In this document: positions 12,181 through 33,827 of the stretch, in pieces
Layout of the letters: every line of letters starts with the position of its first letter
Position numbering within the stretch: the stretch's first letter is position 1
NCBI GenBank assembly: GCA_048213135.1
Contig: PS015417.1
Span: 1-35,049 of the forward strand
Reading direction: 5' to 3'
Origin: Reclinomonas americana ATCC 50394
Lineage: Eukaryota
DNA: 35,049 nt
The notes under the pieces: model-generated
The model's input: the letters and a program-made list of their open reading frames with translations, nothing else
Told to the model about the DNA's origin: nothing
The model's database searches: none
Translations under genes and position numbers: made by a program

Positions 12181-13239
12181 TCACTGAATCAGCGTGAGCC
12201 ACCCCAGCGTCAGGTAGAACAGCACCACCGGATAGAGCGAGAGCGTCTTCCTCTCGGGTATCAGCAGCGACTGCAGGAAGGCCAGCGATGCTGCATGGAC
12301 ACAAAAGGTCAACGAAGAACACGAAGAGAGGCGCAGACACGATCGCCCTGCGCACCGTACGTGGACCATCCCATGCCCACCAGCGTCAGTGTGGCACGGA
12401 AGATGATGTGCCGCAGCAGCAGCGACAGAATGGCGGCGCACACCAGTGGGAACACGCAGTAGCCGAGCACACAAACGCTTTGGAAGAACGATCTGCGCGA
12501 CACGATTCGTCAGTGACACACCCCTTTCCTTTGGCCACATAGAGGCCCACGAAACAGTTGATTGCCGAGGAGCTGTGCGTTGATGGTGACCACTGCCGCA
12601 CCGAGCCACACAATCACAAACACCGAGGCAAAGACAAGCACAGTCTGCCCCGAAGGAGCGGCCAGACTCAGCACACTGTGTGCGGCGCGCACGAGGAGAG
12701 GAGAGGAGAGTGAGTGGCTGAACCACGCACGTACACTCATGCACGTCGCACGCAACATGGCCAGCAGCAGGCAGAAGCACAGTGGACCCCACAGATCCCA
12801 GTTGCGCAGCTCATTGTATGAGCTTGAGCGCGGCCACAAGACCACCTTGAGCTTGCGCCCGATACCGTTCAGATCGCGCAACTGCCTCGTCGAGAGGGTT
12901 GAGAGAGTGAGAAGGAGAGAGGGTGAGAGTGTGTGACATTTGCTGCACTCAACGATTGTTCTTGACACGGGTTCATCCAGAGTCGCCAACGCAGCACCAG
13001 TGGACTCAGGTACTCCCTACACACAAACACACAAAACACAGATGCGCATGTCACCACGTGTCGATCTCTCTCTTGATCGTCAACATGTGCGCGCGCAAAA
13101 TCATCGCAACTGTTGACGATGGCAGCGGCCCGGCCGTCGGCAACGATCCAGTCAGTTCGTCGGGTGCCTCCAGGTCGCCCCACCCTGACACGCCTCCCGC
13201 AGACAACAGCGGCACTTGCGGTCCGCTCGATGAGGCCAT
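12181..13239 (-). CDS. YIPF6: Yip1-domain Golgi membrane protein, YIPF6/Yip4-like, 6 exons
   Basis: TLDEPVSRTI|LRDL, ELRNWDLWGPL, VVTINAQLLG, SFFQSVCVLGYCVFPL and LYPVVLFY. ATG at 13239, TGA at 12183-12181. Confidence 0.88.
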
Positions 13240-13314
13240 GTCCACTTACGATTCTTGAACGAAATTGAGGACTTTTGATTTTCATTCACCGAATGCTTTG
13301 CAGGGGGCTGGCGA

Positions 13315-22488
<9,174 letters not shown>

Positions 22489-22577
22489 CCTCTCCTCTCA
22501 CACTGAGCACACACAAAGAAGAACGAATGTGAACCTGACCCGCAGATTCATTGTCCTCTCTCCGTCCTCCTTCGCGT

Positions 22578-23309
22578 TCAGTCAAAGGCGGAACCGAGTC
22601 GACGTCCGCGGCCTTCTGGGCGTTGAGCACCGGCAGCTGCGGCGGCTTGCTGCTGAGGGCGGCCGAGGCCGACGCCCACCAGTCCGTCGGCATTGGCGGC
22701 ACCACTGAGACACAAAGTGAGCAAAGTGAGGAGCTCCTCCGTGTGAGTAGCGAGAGACGCAACGGGACGTAGCCGAAGCCGCGACGGATGAAGAAGTTGG
22801 TGCTGTGCGGGCACGTTCATCGTCAGCGACAAGCATCGCCTTTTTTTTTTGTCGATGCAACGCAACAAGGCAGCGGGCGTGCTGATCAGAGGCGCGCCGG
22901 TGTTCTTCAGGTAGCCGTCGGTGAGGTACCAGTAGAGGTGGCCGGCGACGATGCCGACGAGGCCGATGACGGGGCTGCCGCCGGTGAGTACCATCAGTGC
23001 CAGCATGGCCCAGGGGAGGTACGAGCGTCGCAGCGGGATGCCCCAGAAGCTGATGACTTCGTCGGGGTACTTGCGGCAGTAGACGTAGACGATCACAAAG
23101 GCCATGGACATGCCGAGCATGTAGAGGTTGAGGAAGAAGGCCACGATCTACAAGGGGGGAGACAAGGGGGGAGGGGATGAGGGAGAGGGATGTGAGGGGA
23201 AGGATGAGAGATAGAGTGAGAGAGAGAGAGAGAGGGAGAAGGGATGTGAGGGAGAGGGAGGGGAAGGTATGTGGAGGGGAAGGGAGAGGGACGAGGAAAG
23301 AGATCGAGT

Positions 23310-23349
<40 letters not shown>

Positions 23350-24359
23350 GACAGACGAAGAGGAAGGAACGGAAAGGAAGGGAACGAAGGAAGTAGGAAG
23401 GGAACGGACGAAGGAGGGAGAGACGACGACAACCTAATGTACGAAGAAAGAAGAGAGAACGANNNNNNNNNNNNNNNNNNNNNNNNNNNNNNNNNNNNNN
23501 NNNNNNNNNNNNNNNNNNNNNNNNNNNNNNNNNNNNNNNNNNNNNNNNNNNNNNNNNNNNNNNNNNNNNNNNNNNNNNNNNNNNNNNNNNNNNNNNNNNN
23601 NNNNNNNNNNNNNNNNNNNNNNNNNNNNNNNNNNNNNNNNNNNNNNNNNNNNNNNNNNNNNNNNNNNNNNNNNNNNNNNNNNNNNNNNNNNNNNNNNNNN
23701 NNNNNNNNNNNNNNNNNNNNNNNNNNNNNNNNNNNNNNNNNNNNNNNNNNNNNNNNNNNNNNNNNNNNNNNNNNNNNNNNNNNNNNNNNNNNNNNNNNNN
23801 NNNNNNNNNNNNNNNNNNNNNNNNNNNNNNNNNNNNNNNNNNNNNNNNNNNNNNNNNNNNNNNNNNNNNNNNNNNNNNNNNNNNNNNNNNNNNNNNNNNN
23901 NNNNNNNNNNNNNNNNNNNNNNNNNNNNNNNNNNNNNNNNNNNNNNNNNNNNNNNNNNNNNNNNNNNNNNNNNNNNNNNNNNNNNNNNNNNNNNNNNNNN
24001 NNNNNNNNNNNNNNNNNNNNNNNNNNNNNNNNNNNNNNNNNNNNNNNNNNNNNNNNNNNNNNNNNNNNNNNNNNNNNNNNNNNNNNNNNNNNNNNNNNNN
24101 NNNNNNNNNNNNNNNNNNNNNNNNNNNNNNNNNNNNNNNNNNNNNNNNNNNNNNNNNNNNNNNNNNNNNNNNNNNNNNNNNNNNNNNNNNNNNNNNNNNN
24201 NNNNNNNNNNNNNNNNNNNNNNNNNNNNNNNNNNNNNNNNNNNNNNNNNNNNNNNNNNNNNNNNNNNNNNNNNNNNNNNNNNNNNNNNNNNNNNNNNNNN
24301 NNNNNNNNNNNNNNNNNNNNNACGTACGTACGACGACGACGTACGACGACGACGACGAC

Positions 24360-24432
<73 letters not shown>

Positions 24433-25532
24433 GCTGAGAGTGAAACTCAGCAGTGTCCTTGACAAAGACTTCTGAAGCAGGAACGGAGGGAGACGAGAAA
24501 ACACTGCCCAATGATCCCGGAACAGCTCCCCTCGCAAGACACCTGTTCTGGGATCACTGAGAAGTGCATTGTCTCCACTCTCTCTCCTCCCTGCTGCACA
24601 TGTCTCTGTCGAGTGCATTGCCAAGTCTCTCCCCTTGTCTCTTCCTCTCTCATCTCTTCTGTTCTTGGATGTGCATCTGGTCAGAGCGAGAGCGAGCTGT
24701 TCCTGGCTCACTGGGCGGTGCATTGTCTCTGCTCTCTTCACTCCTGCGTCACTGTCTCTGCGTCAAGTACACTGCCAAGTCTCTCCCCTCGTCTCTCCCT
24801 CTCTCATCCCTTCTGTTCTTGGATGTGCATCTGGTCAGAGCGAGAGGTAGCTGTTCCTGGCTCACTGGGCGGTGCATTGTCTCTGCTCTCTTCGTTCCCG
24901 CGTCATTGTCTCTGCGTCAAGTACACTGCCAAGTCTCTCTCCCTCTCTCTCTCTCCTGCTGCCTCCTCGCTTGCAACTCACCAACATCGGCACCGCGCAC
25001 ACAATCAACATGAACACATAGTCCGCAGTGGGCGATGCACTCGCCAAGAATCCCTTGTTCTCCAGCGACTGCGAGTGCTGGCCCCTGCTCTCCAACACAT
25101 TCAGCACACAAGACAACTCACTCTCACTCACTCAGTTGTTGTTGCATTGTGCGCGTAACATGAAGAACAAGAGCAGTATGAAGTTTAAGCTGAAGCCTCC
25201 CAGGAAGAACAGTGAGGTCACTAGTCGCCACAACTGTTGCCAACAGAGAGAGAGGAAGACACGTGTCAGTGAGAGAGACAAGTGATATAAGAGAGAGCAA
25301 TGTTCTCATGGACCTCGAGGCCGCCAAAGACGGCAGAGTAGTCGAGAATGAGTGTGTAAGGGCTGACCACGTGCAGTGCCATGAGAGCAGCAAAGGCCAG
25401 TGGAGCTGTGTGTGTGAGAGTGAGTGTGACATGTCGTGCGCGTGTGTGTGTGTTTGGTTAATGAGAGGTACCTCCGACCACCACGCGGGTGACGGGCTTG
25501 ATGGAGCGGATCATGTCTTCGAATGACGCCAT
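22578..25532 (-). CDS. DER1: Derlin (ERAD rhomboid pseudoprotease), 7 exons
   Basis: MASFEDMIRSIKPVTR; WR motif LWRLVTSLFF; SLENKGF..TADYVFML; YLPWAML; GIVAGHLYWYL; C-terminal SHP-box-like GRGRRLG. All six introns join in frame. Confidence 0.93.
24560..24945. repeat. ~155-bp tandem repeat (about 2.5 copies) in Derlin intron 4
   Basis: ttctgttcttggatgtgcatctggtcagagcgag...cgtcaagtacactgccaagtctctccc recurs at about 24657 and 24811. Confidence 0.9.
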
Positions 25533-25794
25533 TGCTTGTGCGCGCGCTTTTTGCGTGTGTTTGAGTGTGTGACAACGGGACAGCGATGGACAACTCTGTG
25601 TCGAGGTGTGGAGGTGGGTGTGAGGGTGTGTAGTGGTGTGTCTGTTGGTACTCGCGGGGATCGGCGGCGGCGAGGTCGTTGATGTCATTTTGCGACGTCG
25701 TGAAGGCATGCAAAGAGCCGGATCAATTTTGAGTTGCAGGCGTGATGTTGTAAGGCTGCTGATCGAGTGTGGTACACAGGCAACCCTGCGTACA

Positions 25795-26330
25795 GACCAG
25801 CGGCCCAGAGACTGAGCGGCCCAGCGACTGAGCGGCCCAGCGACTGAGCGGCCCAGCGACTGAGCAGCCAAGCGGCCCAGCGACTGAGCGGCCAGCAAGA
25901 CTGAGCGGTCAAGCGACTGAGCGGCCAAGCGACTGACCGGCCAAGCGACTGAGCGACCAAGCGACTGACCGGCCAAGCGACTGACCGACCAAGCGACTGA
26001 GCGGCCCAGCGACTGAGCGGCCCAGCGACTGAGCGGCCCAGCGACTGAGCGGTCAAGCGACTGAGCGGCCAGCAAGACTGAGCGGTCAAGCGACTGAGCG
26101 GCCAGCGACTGAGCGGCCCAGCGACTGTGCGGCCCAGCGACTGAGCGGCCCAGCGACTGAGCGGCCCAGCGACTGAGCGGCCCAGCGACTGAGCGGCCCA
26201 GCGACTGAGCGGCCCAGCGACAGAGCGGCCAAGCGACTGAGCGTCCAAGCGACAGTGCGGCCACGCGACAGACTGTCCAAGCGACTGAGCGGCCAGCAAG
26301 ACAGAGCGGCCCAGCGACTGAGCGGCCCAA
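25795..26330. repeat. 16-bp GC-rich minisatellite (GACTGAGCGGCCCAGC), about 33 copies
   Basis: Directly abutting units with point variants and no spacers. Confidence 0.95.
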
Positions 26331-26610
26331 CGTCCAGCTTCCAGCGATCAGCAACTGACAGCTTACGCGAACCGCGATGCTGTGCTGCCATTGAAGCTCG
26401 ACACTGAGACACGGGGTTGGCGACGAATGATGATCCACAGCAAAGTGCTGGCTGTGTTTGGCTATCGAGAGCCAAGAAAGAGTCCCCTCCGGAATCAACG
26501 GGCTGCTGGCTCCCTCCGCAATGCTACCTAATACTCACGCAAGTCACACTGCTCTCAGTGACCATTCACTCATCGCAACGAAGCGAGCTTTCTTCCTCGC
26601 GTGCTGCTCC

Positions 26611-27082
<472 letters not shown>

Positions 27083-27295
27083 GGTTGTGTGCGGTCTGTG
27101 TGATTGGGATGTGAGAGAAGGAGAGGAGAGAGAGAGGGAGGAGGGCACGGGAGGCGGTGAACGCACTGATGACGACGACGGAGTCAAGTAAGAAACAGGA
27201 CTTTAGCTGATGCAGACGTCGCATGCTCTTCATTGCAGCTTGTTCTGTTCTGTTTCTCTCTTGCTGAGTCTGGCACGACGAGCAGCACAAGTGGC

Positions 27296-28035
27296 TTAGA
27301 CACCGCCGCTCATCATTGCGCTCTGATCGTTGGCGGCCGAGGTGAAGAAGTTGACTTCGCCGGTCGACAGGGACTGGTTCGCCGCCAGCATGCCGATCTG
27401 GAACTGCGAGTTGTACTGTTGTGCGGGAGCGGGGAAGAGGGGGAAAAGTAAGCGCAGATCGTAGAAGGCCAGGAAGAAAGGTTGCTATAGGTGAGAATTC
27501 GCACTCAATCGTGAATGGCTTGCAAGTGACAGCTCACAACAAACAGAGGGACACGGGAAAGTGAAACAGAGAGCGTCAATGCCTTGGGCAACGTTAGGGG
27601 AGAGACAGAGCATGTGGTCTCTTGGAGGTGTTTGACTTTGTGCTTTCCGGACACGGTGAAACTCATCATGTTCGAGGTGTGCATGATATGAGCGAGAGCG
27701 AGAGGCAAGGTGGGTGAGGAAAGAGAGAGACAGAGAGAGGAGAAGAAGAAGAAGAGAAGCGAGATTCATCACTCGTTCGCTCTCACACGCAGTCAATGCC
27801 TCACTCTTCTCTCTCTCAAACGCAACAATGGCAGGGTTGGCCAACACTGAGTTATCCAAACCAATCAGACCGGCAGTGGCCACGTAGTGCACACCGCTGC
27901 ACGCAGAAGGCATGTGTAAGAGAGTGGCACAAAAAAACAGACACACAGTCACTCTTCCCTCGATCACTCCCTCTCTCCCTGCCTTATACGCAACTTGGGG
28001 CCTACAGGATCAATCAGCGTAGGAATGGACGACAT
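27296..28035 (-). CDS. Small uncharacterised protein, paralog C (76 aa)
   Basis: Exons 28035-27995, 27896-27827 and 27415-27296 give MSSIPTLIDPVGPNGVHYVATAGLIGLDNSVLANPAIYNSQFQIGMLAANQSLSTGEVNFFTSAANDQSAMMSGGV*. Confidence 0.88.
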
Positions 28036-28152
28036 CTCTTCTCACAAGCACTCAAGAACGAATACGGTAGATGGCTGTGGGACTTTGGAAGTCGCCCTCC
28101 TTTGAGTTCATTCAGACTTTACCGTCTCTCAGCATAAGAAGGCAAGGGTGGC

Positions 28153-29331
28153 TTAGAAGCCACCGCTCTCCATCGCGGCCTCATCGGCGGCGCCCGTCTT
28201 CAGGAAGTTGACGTAGCCGGTCGACAGAGACTGGTTGGCAGCCAGCGTGCTGATCTGGAACTGCGGGTTGTACTGTTGTGCAGGAGAGGTGGGGAAAAGG
28301 AGGAAGAGTGAGAACAGCGCAAGCAGAGCGCCATAGCACCCAGGATTGTGGAGCAACACAAAGTAGCAAAGGTGAAGAGAAGAATGGTGCAGATGCAGAA
28401 GCGGAGCAAGAGATGGAACGGGATGCCGATGCATTGCACAATTGCACGTGCAAAGTGCGCACTCGGCTGCAGTGTGTGGGAGACGAGGAAAGGAGCACAA
28501 TGTGGCGCAGCAAGAAAGAGCAGGAGCATACAAAGCGCAAAACCGCAGAGAACTCTGCTGCAGTGTGTCGAGGTGAGGAAGGAGTTCACGAAGTTGGTTA
28601 GTCTAACAGGAAGCAACACCATGAGAACAAGGGAGAAAGAAGAAGAAGGAGAAGACTGTGGAATGCTTTGCAATGTTCGATCGCGAGATAGGGAAACTGA
28701 AGCGCAGATGAGTTCCTGCAGGAGAGAGGCGTGGAACTGACGACATGGAGAGGGAGTCCGCAGCAAGACAGAAAGCAGAGAGAAGACTGTTTGACTGTAG
28801 CGCTTTTCGGACATGTGGGGTCGGTGCTGAAACACATGATGTTCGAGGTGTGCACATGATGAGAGAGCGAGAGAAGAAGAGAGAGAGGAGGAGAGGAGAG
28901 AGGAAGCAAGTGAGCGAGGAAGTGAGAAGCGAGATTCATACACGCAATCAATACTTCTCACACACGAGTACTTTCTATCAACAAACAAAGAAACGTAACA
29001 ATGGCCGGGTTGGAAAGCACCGAGTTATCGAGGCCAATCAGGCCGGCAGTGGCCACGTAGTGCACACCACTGCAAACAAACAAACAAAGTGCAAATGCAT
29101 AAGAGAGTGAGTGAGAGTGAGAGTGAGTGAGAGAACCGTGTCTCTCTCTCTCTTGCATGTACACATGAACGCACTAATCTCACACACGCTGAGAGAGAGA
29201 GAGAGGAGGGAGTGAGAGTGCGAGAGAGAGTGAGTGTGTGAGAGTGAGTGCGAACACATAATGGGACGCACACATTCTCACACTCTTCACTCTCTCTCCC
29301 ACACACACACACACACTCACACACACAAGCA

Positions 29332-29375
<44 letters not shown>

Positions 29376-29442
29376 AGCACAGTACTCGATCACCAGTCAC
29401 TCATGTTCTCTCTCTCTCTCTCTTCCCACTCTCTCTTTCCCA

Positions 29443-29489
<47 letters not shown>

Positions 29490-29541
29490 ACACACGCAAC
29501 TTGGGGCCCACGGGATCAATCAGCGACGGAATGGACGACAT
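28153..29541 (-). CDS. Small uncharacterised protein, paralog B (76 aa)
   Basis: Exons 29541-29501, 29069-29000 and 28272-28153 give MSSIPSLIDPVGPNGVHYVATAGLIGLDNSVLSNPAIYNPQFQISTLAANQSLSTGYVNFLKTGAADEAAMESGGF*. Confidence 0.88.
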
Positions 29542-29714
29542 GCTCTCTCACACAATCACTCAAAAAGTTGATGGTCTTGATGGGCTTTGAGCACAGGACT
29601 TCAAGAAGTCGCCCTCAATTCATTGCATTCGGGCTCCTCTCTCTCTTTCCTCACTTGACAAGCAGCAGCAGCAGCAACAGGAAAGGAAAGCAGTCAGTAC
29701 AAGGCGAGGGTGGC

Positions 29715-31209
29715 TTAGAAACCACCGGTGCCCAACGAGGCCTCATCGGCGGCCGCCGTCTTCATGAAGTTGACGTAGCCCTCCGACAGGAATTGGGTCG
29801 CAGCCAGCGTGCCGACCTGGAACTGCGGGGAGTACTGTGGTGCGAGGGAGGAAGGGGAGAGAGAGAGTGAGAATCAAAGCGAAGGAGAAAAGAGCAGGAG
29901 AGCACGTGATGCAGATTTCTTGCTTCTGTTCAGTGCATGTATGTACTGTTGTGTCACTTGCGTGGCACGAGGATGGGAAAAAACAGAGGCGAGAGAAGGC
30001 GTCTACGACGAAATGTACAACCACAACCAGCAGAATTAGCGTGCTGATTTGGCCTGACTGAAGAAGGACTGCTCTGCCTTCTGCTTAGGTGACCGCACAA
30101 CAAGAATACTTTGCAAAGAAAGGACGCGAGAAGTGTGGAAAAGCGCACATATGCGCCTAATACCTTACGCAGGAAGTGGAGCGAGGGTTGAAAGAATGCA
30201 AGAAGCAGAAAAGCGAGAATGTCCGCGGCTCTCCCTTCTGGCAGCATAAGAGGAATGCTTCAGTGAGAAGCGCAAGGTAGAGCCCAAGAACAGGGTGCAG
30301 GTGTGGGCAATTGTTCACAAGGGCGCTCACAAAAAAGTAAACAGAGAACGAGAACCTTCTGGTGAACGGGTTAACGGGGATGCATTTGCGACGTGAGAAC
30401 GCGAAAGGATAGAGTAGAGAGGCGCACATCTGCGACATCGCAGGCTGTGGAGCGCAGGAAGAAGGCAGGAGCTGAATAAAGAAGGAAAAAACTAGAATGC
30501 CCGCGGCTCAGACAGGCGAGGCGAATGTTTTGAGAAGCACACAATAGAGCCCAAAGCCTCTATTCCCAGGTGCGAAGGAAGAAGCCCGTGACATCAATTC
30601 CTGGATCTATTGTTGGGAAAGGACGAGAAAGACGAACACGCAAGCTTCTGAGCAAGTACAAAACGGTGCGCATTCGTGCAACATTGCAGGTGGCTCTCAG
30701 CAGCGCAGTGTAGTGACAGGGCGATGAGAGACAAGGAGAGGAGCGAACGAGTGAGAACGGAGCGGTTGACTGCAATGCTTTCTCGGACACAAGGGGTCAG
30801 TGTTGACTGGATGATTCGAGGTGCGCATGATAAGAAGAGAAAGAGAAGGAGAGAGAGCGAGAGAGAGGAAAGGAAGGGCGCGGAAGAGCAAAGAGATTTA
30901 CCCGCGAAGTCAATACATCGCACAGCAAGTACTCTGTATCAAATAAAAAAAACGCAACGACAGTGGGGTTGGCCATCACCGCGTGATCCAGGCCAATCAG
31001 GCCAGCAGTGGCCGCGTAGTGCTCACCACTACACAACAAAACAAGCACACAAACGCCACATAAGTGAGAGAAAGAGAGAGAAAGAGATATCGGTGAACCC
31101 GTGCTCTTTCTCAAGCAGGGAAGCACACAAGCACGTAAGAACATGCACTAGCAGGGGAGAGAGAGAGAGAGAGAGAAGAAGAGAAGAAAGAAGAAGAGAA
31201 GAAGAAGAA

Positions 31210-31241
<32 letters not shown>

Positions 31242-31272
31242 AGAAGAAAAGTTTACACTGATCTCTCACTCA

Positions 31273-31309
<37 letters not shown>

Positions 31310-31466
31310 TCACTCACTCACTCACTCACTCACTCACTCACACACACACTCTTACTCACACAATCACACACACTCACTCTCCCCTCACTCTCTCACTCTG
31401 CCTCACTCTCTCTCTCTCACGCAACTTGGGGCCCACAGCACTCGACAACGACGGAACAGACGACAT
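29715..31466 (-). CDS. Small uncharacterised protein, paralog A (76 aa)
   Basis: Exons 31466-31426, 31028-30959 and 29834-29715 give MSSVPSLSSAVGPNGEHYAATAGLIGLDHAVMANPTVYSPQFQVGTLAATQFLSEGYVNFMKTAAADEASLGTGGF*. Confidence 0.87.
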
Positions 31467-31529
31467 TCTTCTCACTCACTCACTCACACAAGAAAGCTTG
31501 TCCTGTTTGTCACACTCACTCACTGACAA

Positions 31530-33666
31530 ATGCTTCTCCGCGCGACCACACGACTGCTCACACTCTCGCGCCCTTCCTGTGCGCATGTGCGCTCATTGGC
31601 ACTCTTCTCTTCCTCTGCATCGCAACCTCAACAACAGCAACAGCAAGAGCAACAACAACAACAGCAAGAGAATGCAGAAGAACCAAAGGCAAGTCACCTC
31701 TCTGTCTCTCTCTCTCAAGTTTGTCACTGTTTGCTCTCGTGTTGTGTGTGTCTCTCTCTCTTTTCTGAGATGTGATTGCTGCATCTCTCTCTCCGTCGTT
31801 CTCTCCGTATCTCCTCATGCATTTCTCTCCTCGTCTCCTCCTTTGTTGCCTCTCTCCCTTCTCTCGTTCTCCTTTACAAGCTACTGCCTCTCCTTTGTCA
31901 CCTCTCTCCCTTCTCTTCCCTGTCCCTTCACTCTGCTTCTTCTCTCCTTCTCTCGCTCTCCTGTCATTGCCCTCACTCGTTCTCCTTCACTGACCACTGC
32001 GTCTCCCTTCCCTCACTCTCATTCATCTTCACAAGCCACTGCCTCTCCTTTGTCGCCTCTCTCCCTTCTCTTCCTTGGCCCTTCTCTCCTCCTGTCATTG
32101 CCCACTGTCTCCCTCTTCTCCTCCCTTCTGTTCATGTCCCTCGTTCTCCTTCACAAGCTACTGCCTCTCCTTTGTCACCTCTCTCCCTTCTCTTCCATTG
32201 CCCTTCACTCTGCTTCTTCTCTCCTCCTGTCTTTGCCCACTGTCTCCCTCTTCTCATCCCTTCTGTTCATGTCCCTTCCCTCACTCTCGTTCTCCTTCAC
32301 AAGCCACTGCCTCTCCTTTGTCTCCCCTCTCCTTTCTCTTCCATTGCCCTTTTCACTCTGCTTCTTCTCTCCTCCTGTCATTGCCCACTGTATCCCTCTT
32401 CTCCTCTCTTCTGTTCACGTCCCTTCCCTCATTCTCGTTCTCGTTCACAAGCCACTGCCTCTCCTTTGTCTCCCCTCTCCCTTCTCTTCCATTGCCCTTT
32501 TCACTCTGCTTCTTCTCTCCTCCTGTCATTGCCTGCTGTCTCCCTCTTCTCCTCCCTTCTGTTCATGTCCCTTCCCTCATTCTCGTTCTCGTTCACAAGC
32601 CACTGCCTCTCCCTTGTCTCCCTCTCCCTTCTCTTCCCTGGCCCTTCACTCTCCGTGTCTTCCTCCTCTTCTTTTCTCTTCCCTCTCTTCTCTCTGCTCT
32701 CTTCACTCACTTCCGCTGCTTTGCTCATTCTCCTTCACTGCCCACTGCCTCTCCCTTCTCCCTTCCCTCCCTCTTCCCCCTCCCTCCTTATCCTCTGCCC
32801 CTCTCCTTCTCCTTATCCCTCTCTTTCTCCCTCTCCTTCCCTTCCCCCGTTTCTCCCTTCCCCCTCCCTTCCCCCTGTACAGCCCGGCTTCCTCCGCCGC
32901 ACTATCCTCCGCTTCATGGGCTACTACAGCCTCGAGAGCGTGCATCTGCGCGCCTCCGCCCAGCTCTTCTCCACCATTCGCGCCCAGTGTGAATCGCCGG
33001 CACTGTACACGGGTCAGTGTTGAGACGAGCACTTAGCAAGCGAACATGCACAACCATCGCTCATCGTTGCTGACGCAGCATTCCAGCTTCCTCGCGACTT
33101 TCGCAGCGAGTACGCCATGCTGACGCTGCATACGTGGTTTGTACTGTCACGGTTGCGTGCGTGCGGTCGCGAGGGGCAGGATCTGCGGGCGACGCTGTGC
33201 GAGGCGTTGTGGGATGATACGTTCCGGAGAGTGCGCGAAAAGGGAGTTGCGTAGTGGCGCGCATCGCTTGTGCACACTCGCAGCGGTGAGACTCAACCAG
33301 ACAATTGCCGTGCACAAAAAAAGGTCACGGAGATGCGTGTGGGCAAGCAGGTGAAGCAGTTGCAGCAGTCGTTCCTCGGCGCTGCCGTGTCGTTCGACAA
33401 GGGCATTGTTGCGTCTCTCCTCCTGTCGCGCACGCGCTTTCTTTGTACAAACGACTGTGGTGCAGGCCAACACCGCCAACAACAATGAGGCGCTGCGGTC
33501 GGCGCTGTGGCGCAACGTGTACGCGGAGCAGGGAGCGAGCGCCGATCAACCGCACATTCACCGGCTCGTCAGCTACGTCTACGGCAACATTCATCGGCTA
33601 GAGAAGATCTCCAACTACGACATGATGCACGGTCGTGCCACGTTCCAGGAGCTCAAGGCCGAGTGA
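31530..33666 (+). CDS. CBP3: Ubiquinol-cytochrome c chaperone Cbp3/UQCC1, 5 exons, with mitochondrial presequence
   Basis: Arg/Ser/Leu-rich N-terminus MLLRATTRLLTLSRPS; LPRDFRSEYAMLTLHTWFVLSRLR; LWDD; FLGAAVSFDKG; LRSALWRNVY. The first intron (31689-32882) is GC-AG. Confidence 0.88.
31850..32640. repeat. ~120-150-bp pyrimidine-rich tandem repeat (about 6 copies) in CBP3 intron 1
   Basis: Anchor acaagc(c/t)actgcctctcc recurs near 31876, 32031, 32153, 32299, 32447 and 32595. Confidence 0.9.
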
Positions 33667-33827
33667 TGAGAGCGTAGCGATCGCAGCACCACGCACTATT
33701 AGACGACGACGAAAACAATGACTACATTCTGCTCTTGTTTGTTTGTTTGCTTTTTCCACTTGGCCACCCGCAAGAAAGAATAAGGGGAAAATACGGTAGC
33801 GGGGGTACAACGGCCCACGGCTTGCCC

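Noticed and set aside
25795-26330. CRISPR array, or the long minus-strand ORFs (e.g. 25458-26498)
   Set aside because: Units abut with no unique spacers and there are no cas genes. The ORFs stay open only because the 16-mer lacks minus-strand stops.
28958-28980. 9-nt micro-exon (AAAGTACTC) in paralog B intron 2
   Set aside because: Not needed for frame, and absent from paralogs C and D.
30676-33036. 786-aa and overlapping long ORFs
   Set aside because: These translate microsatellites and pyrimidine-rich intronic repeats; only 31530-31688 and 32883 onward are credible plus-strand exons.
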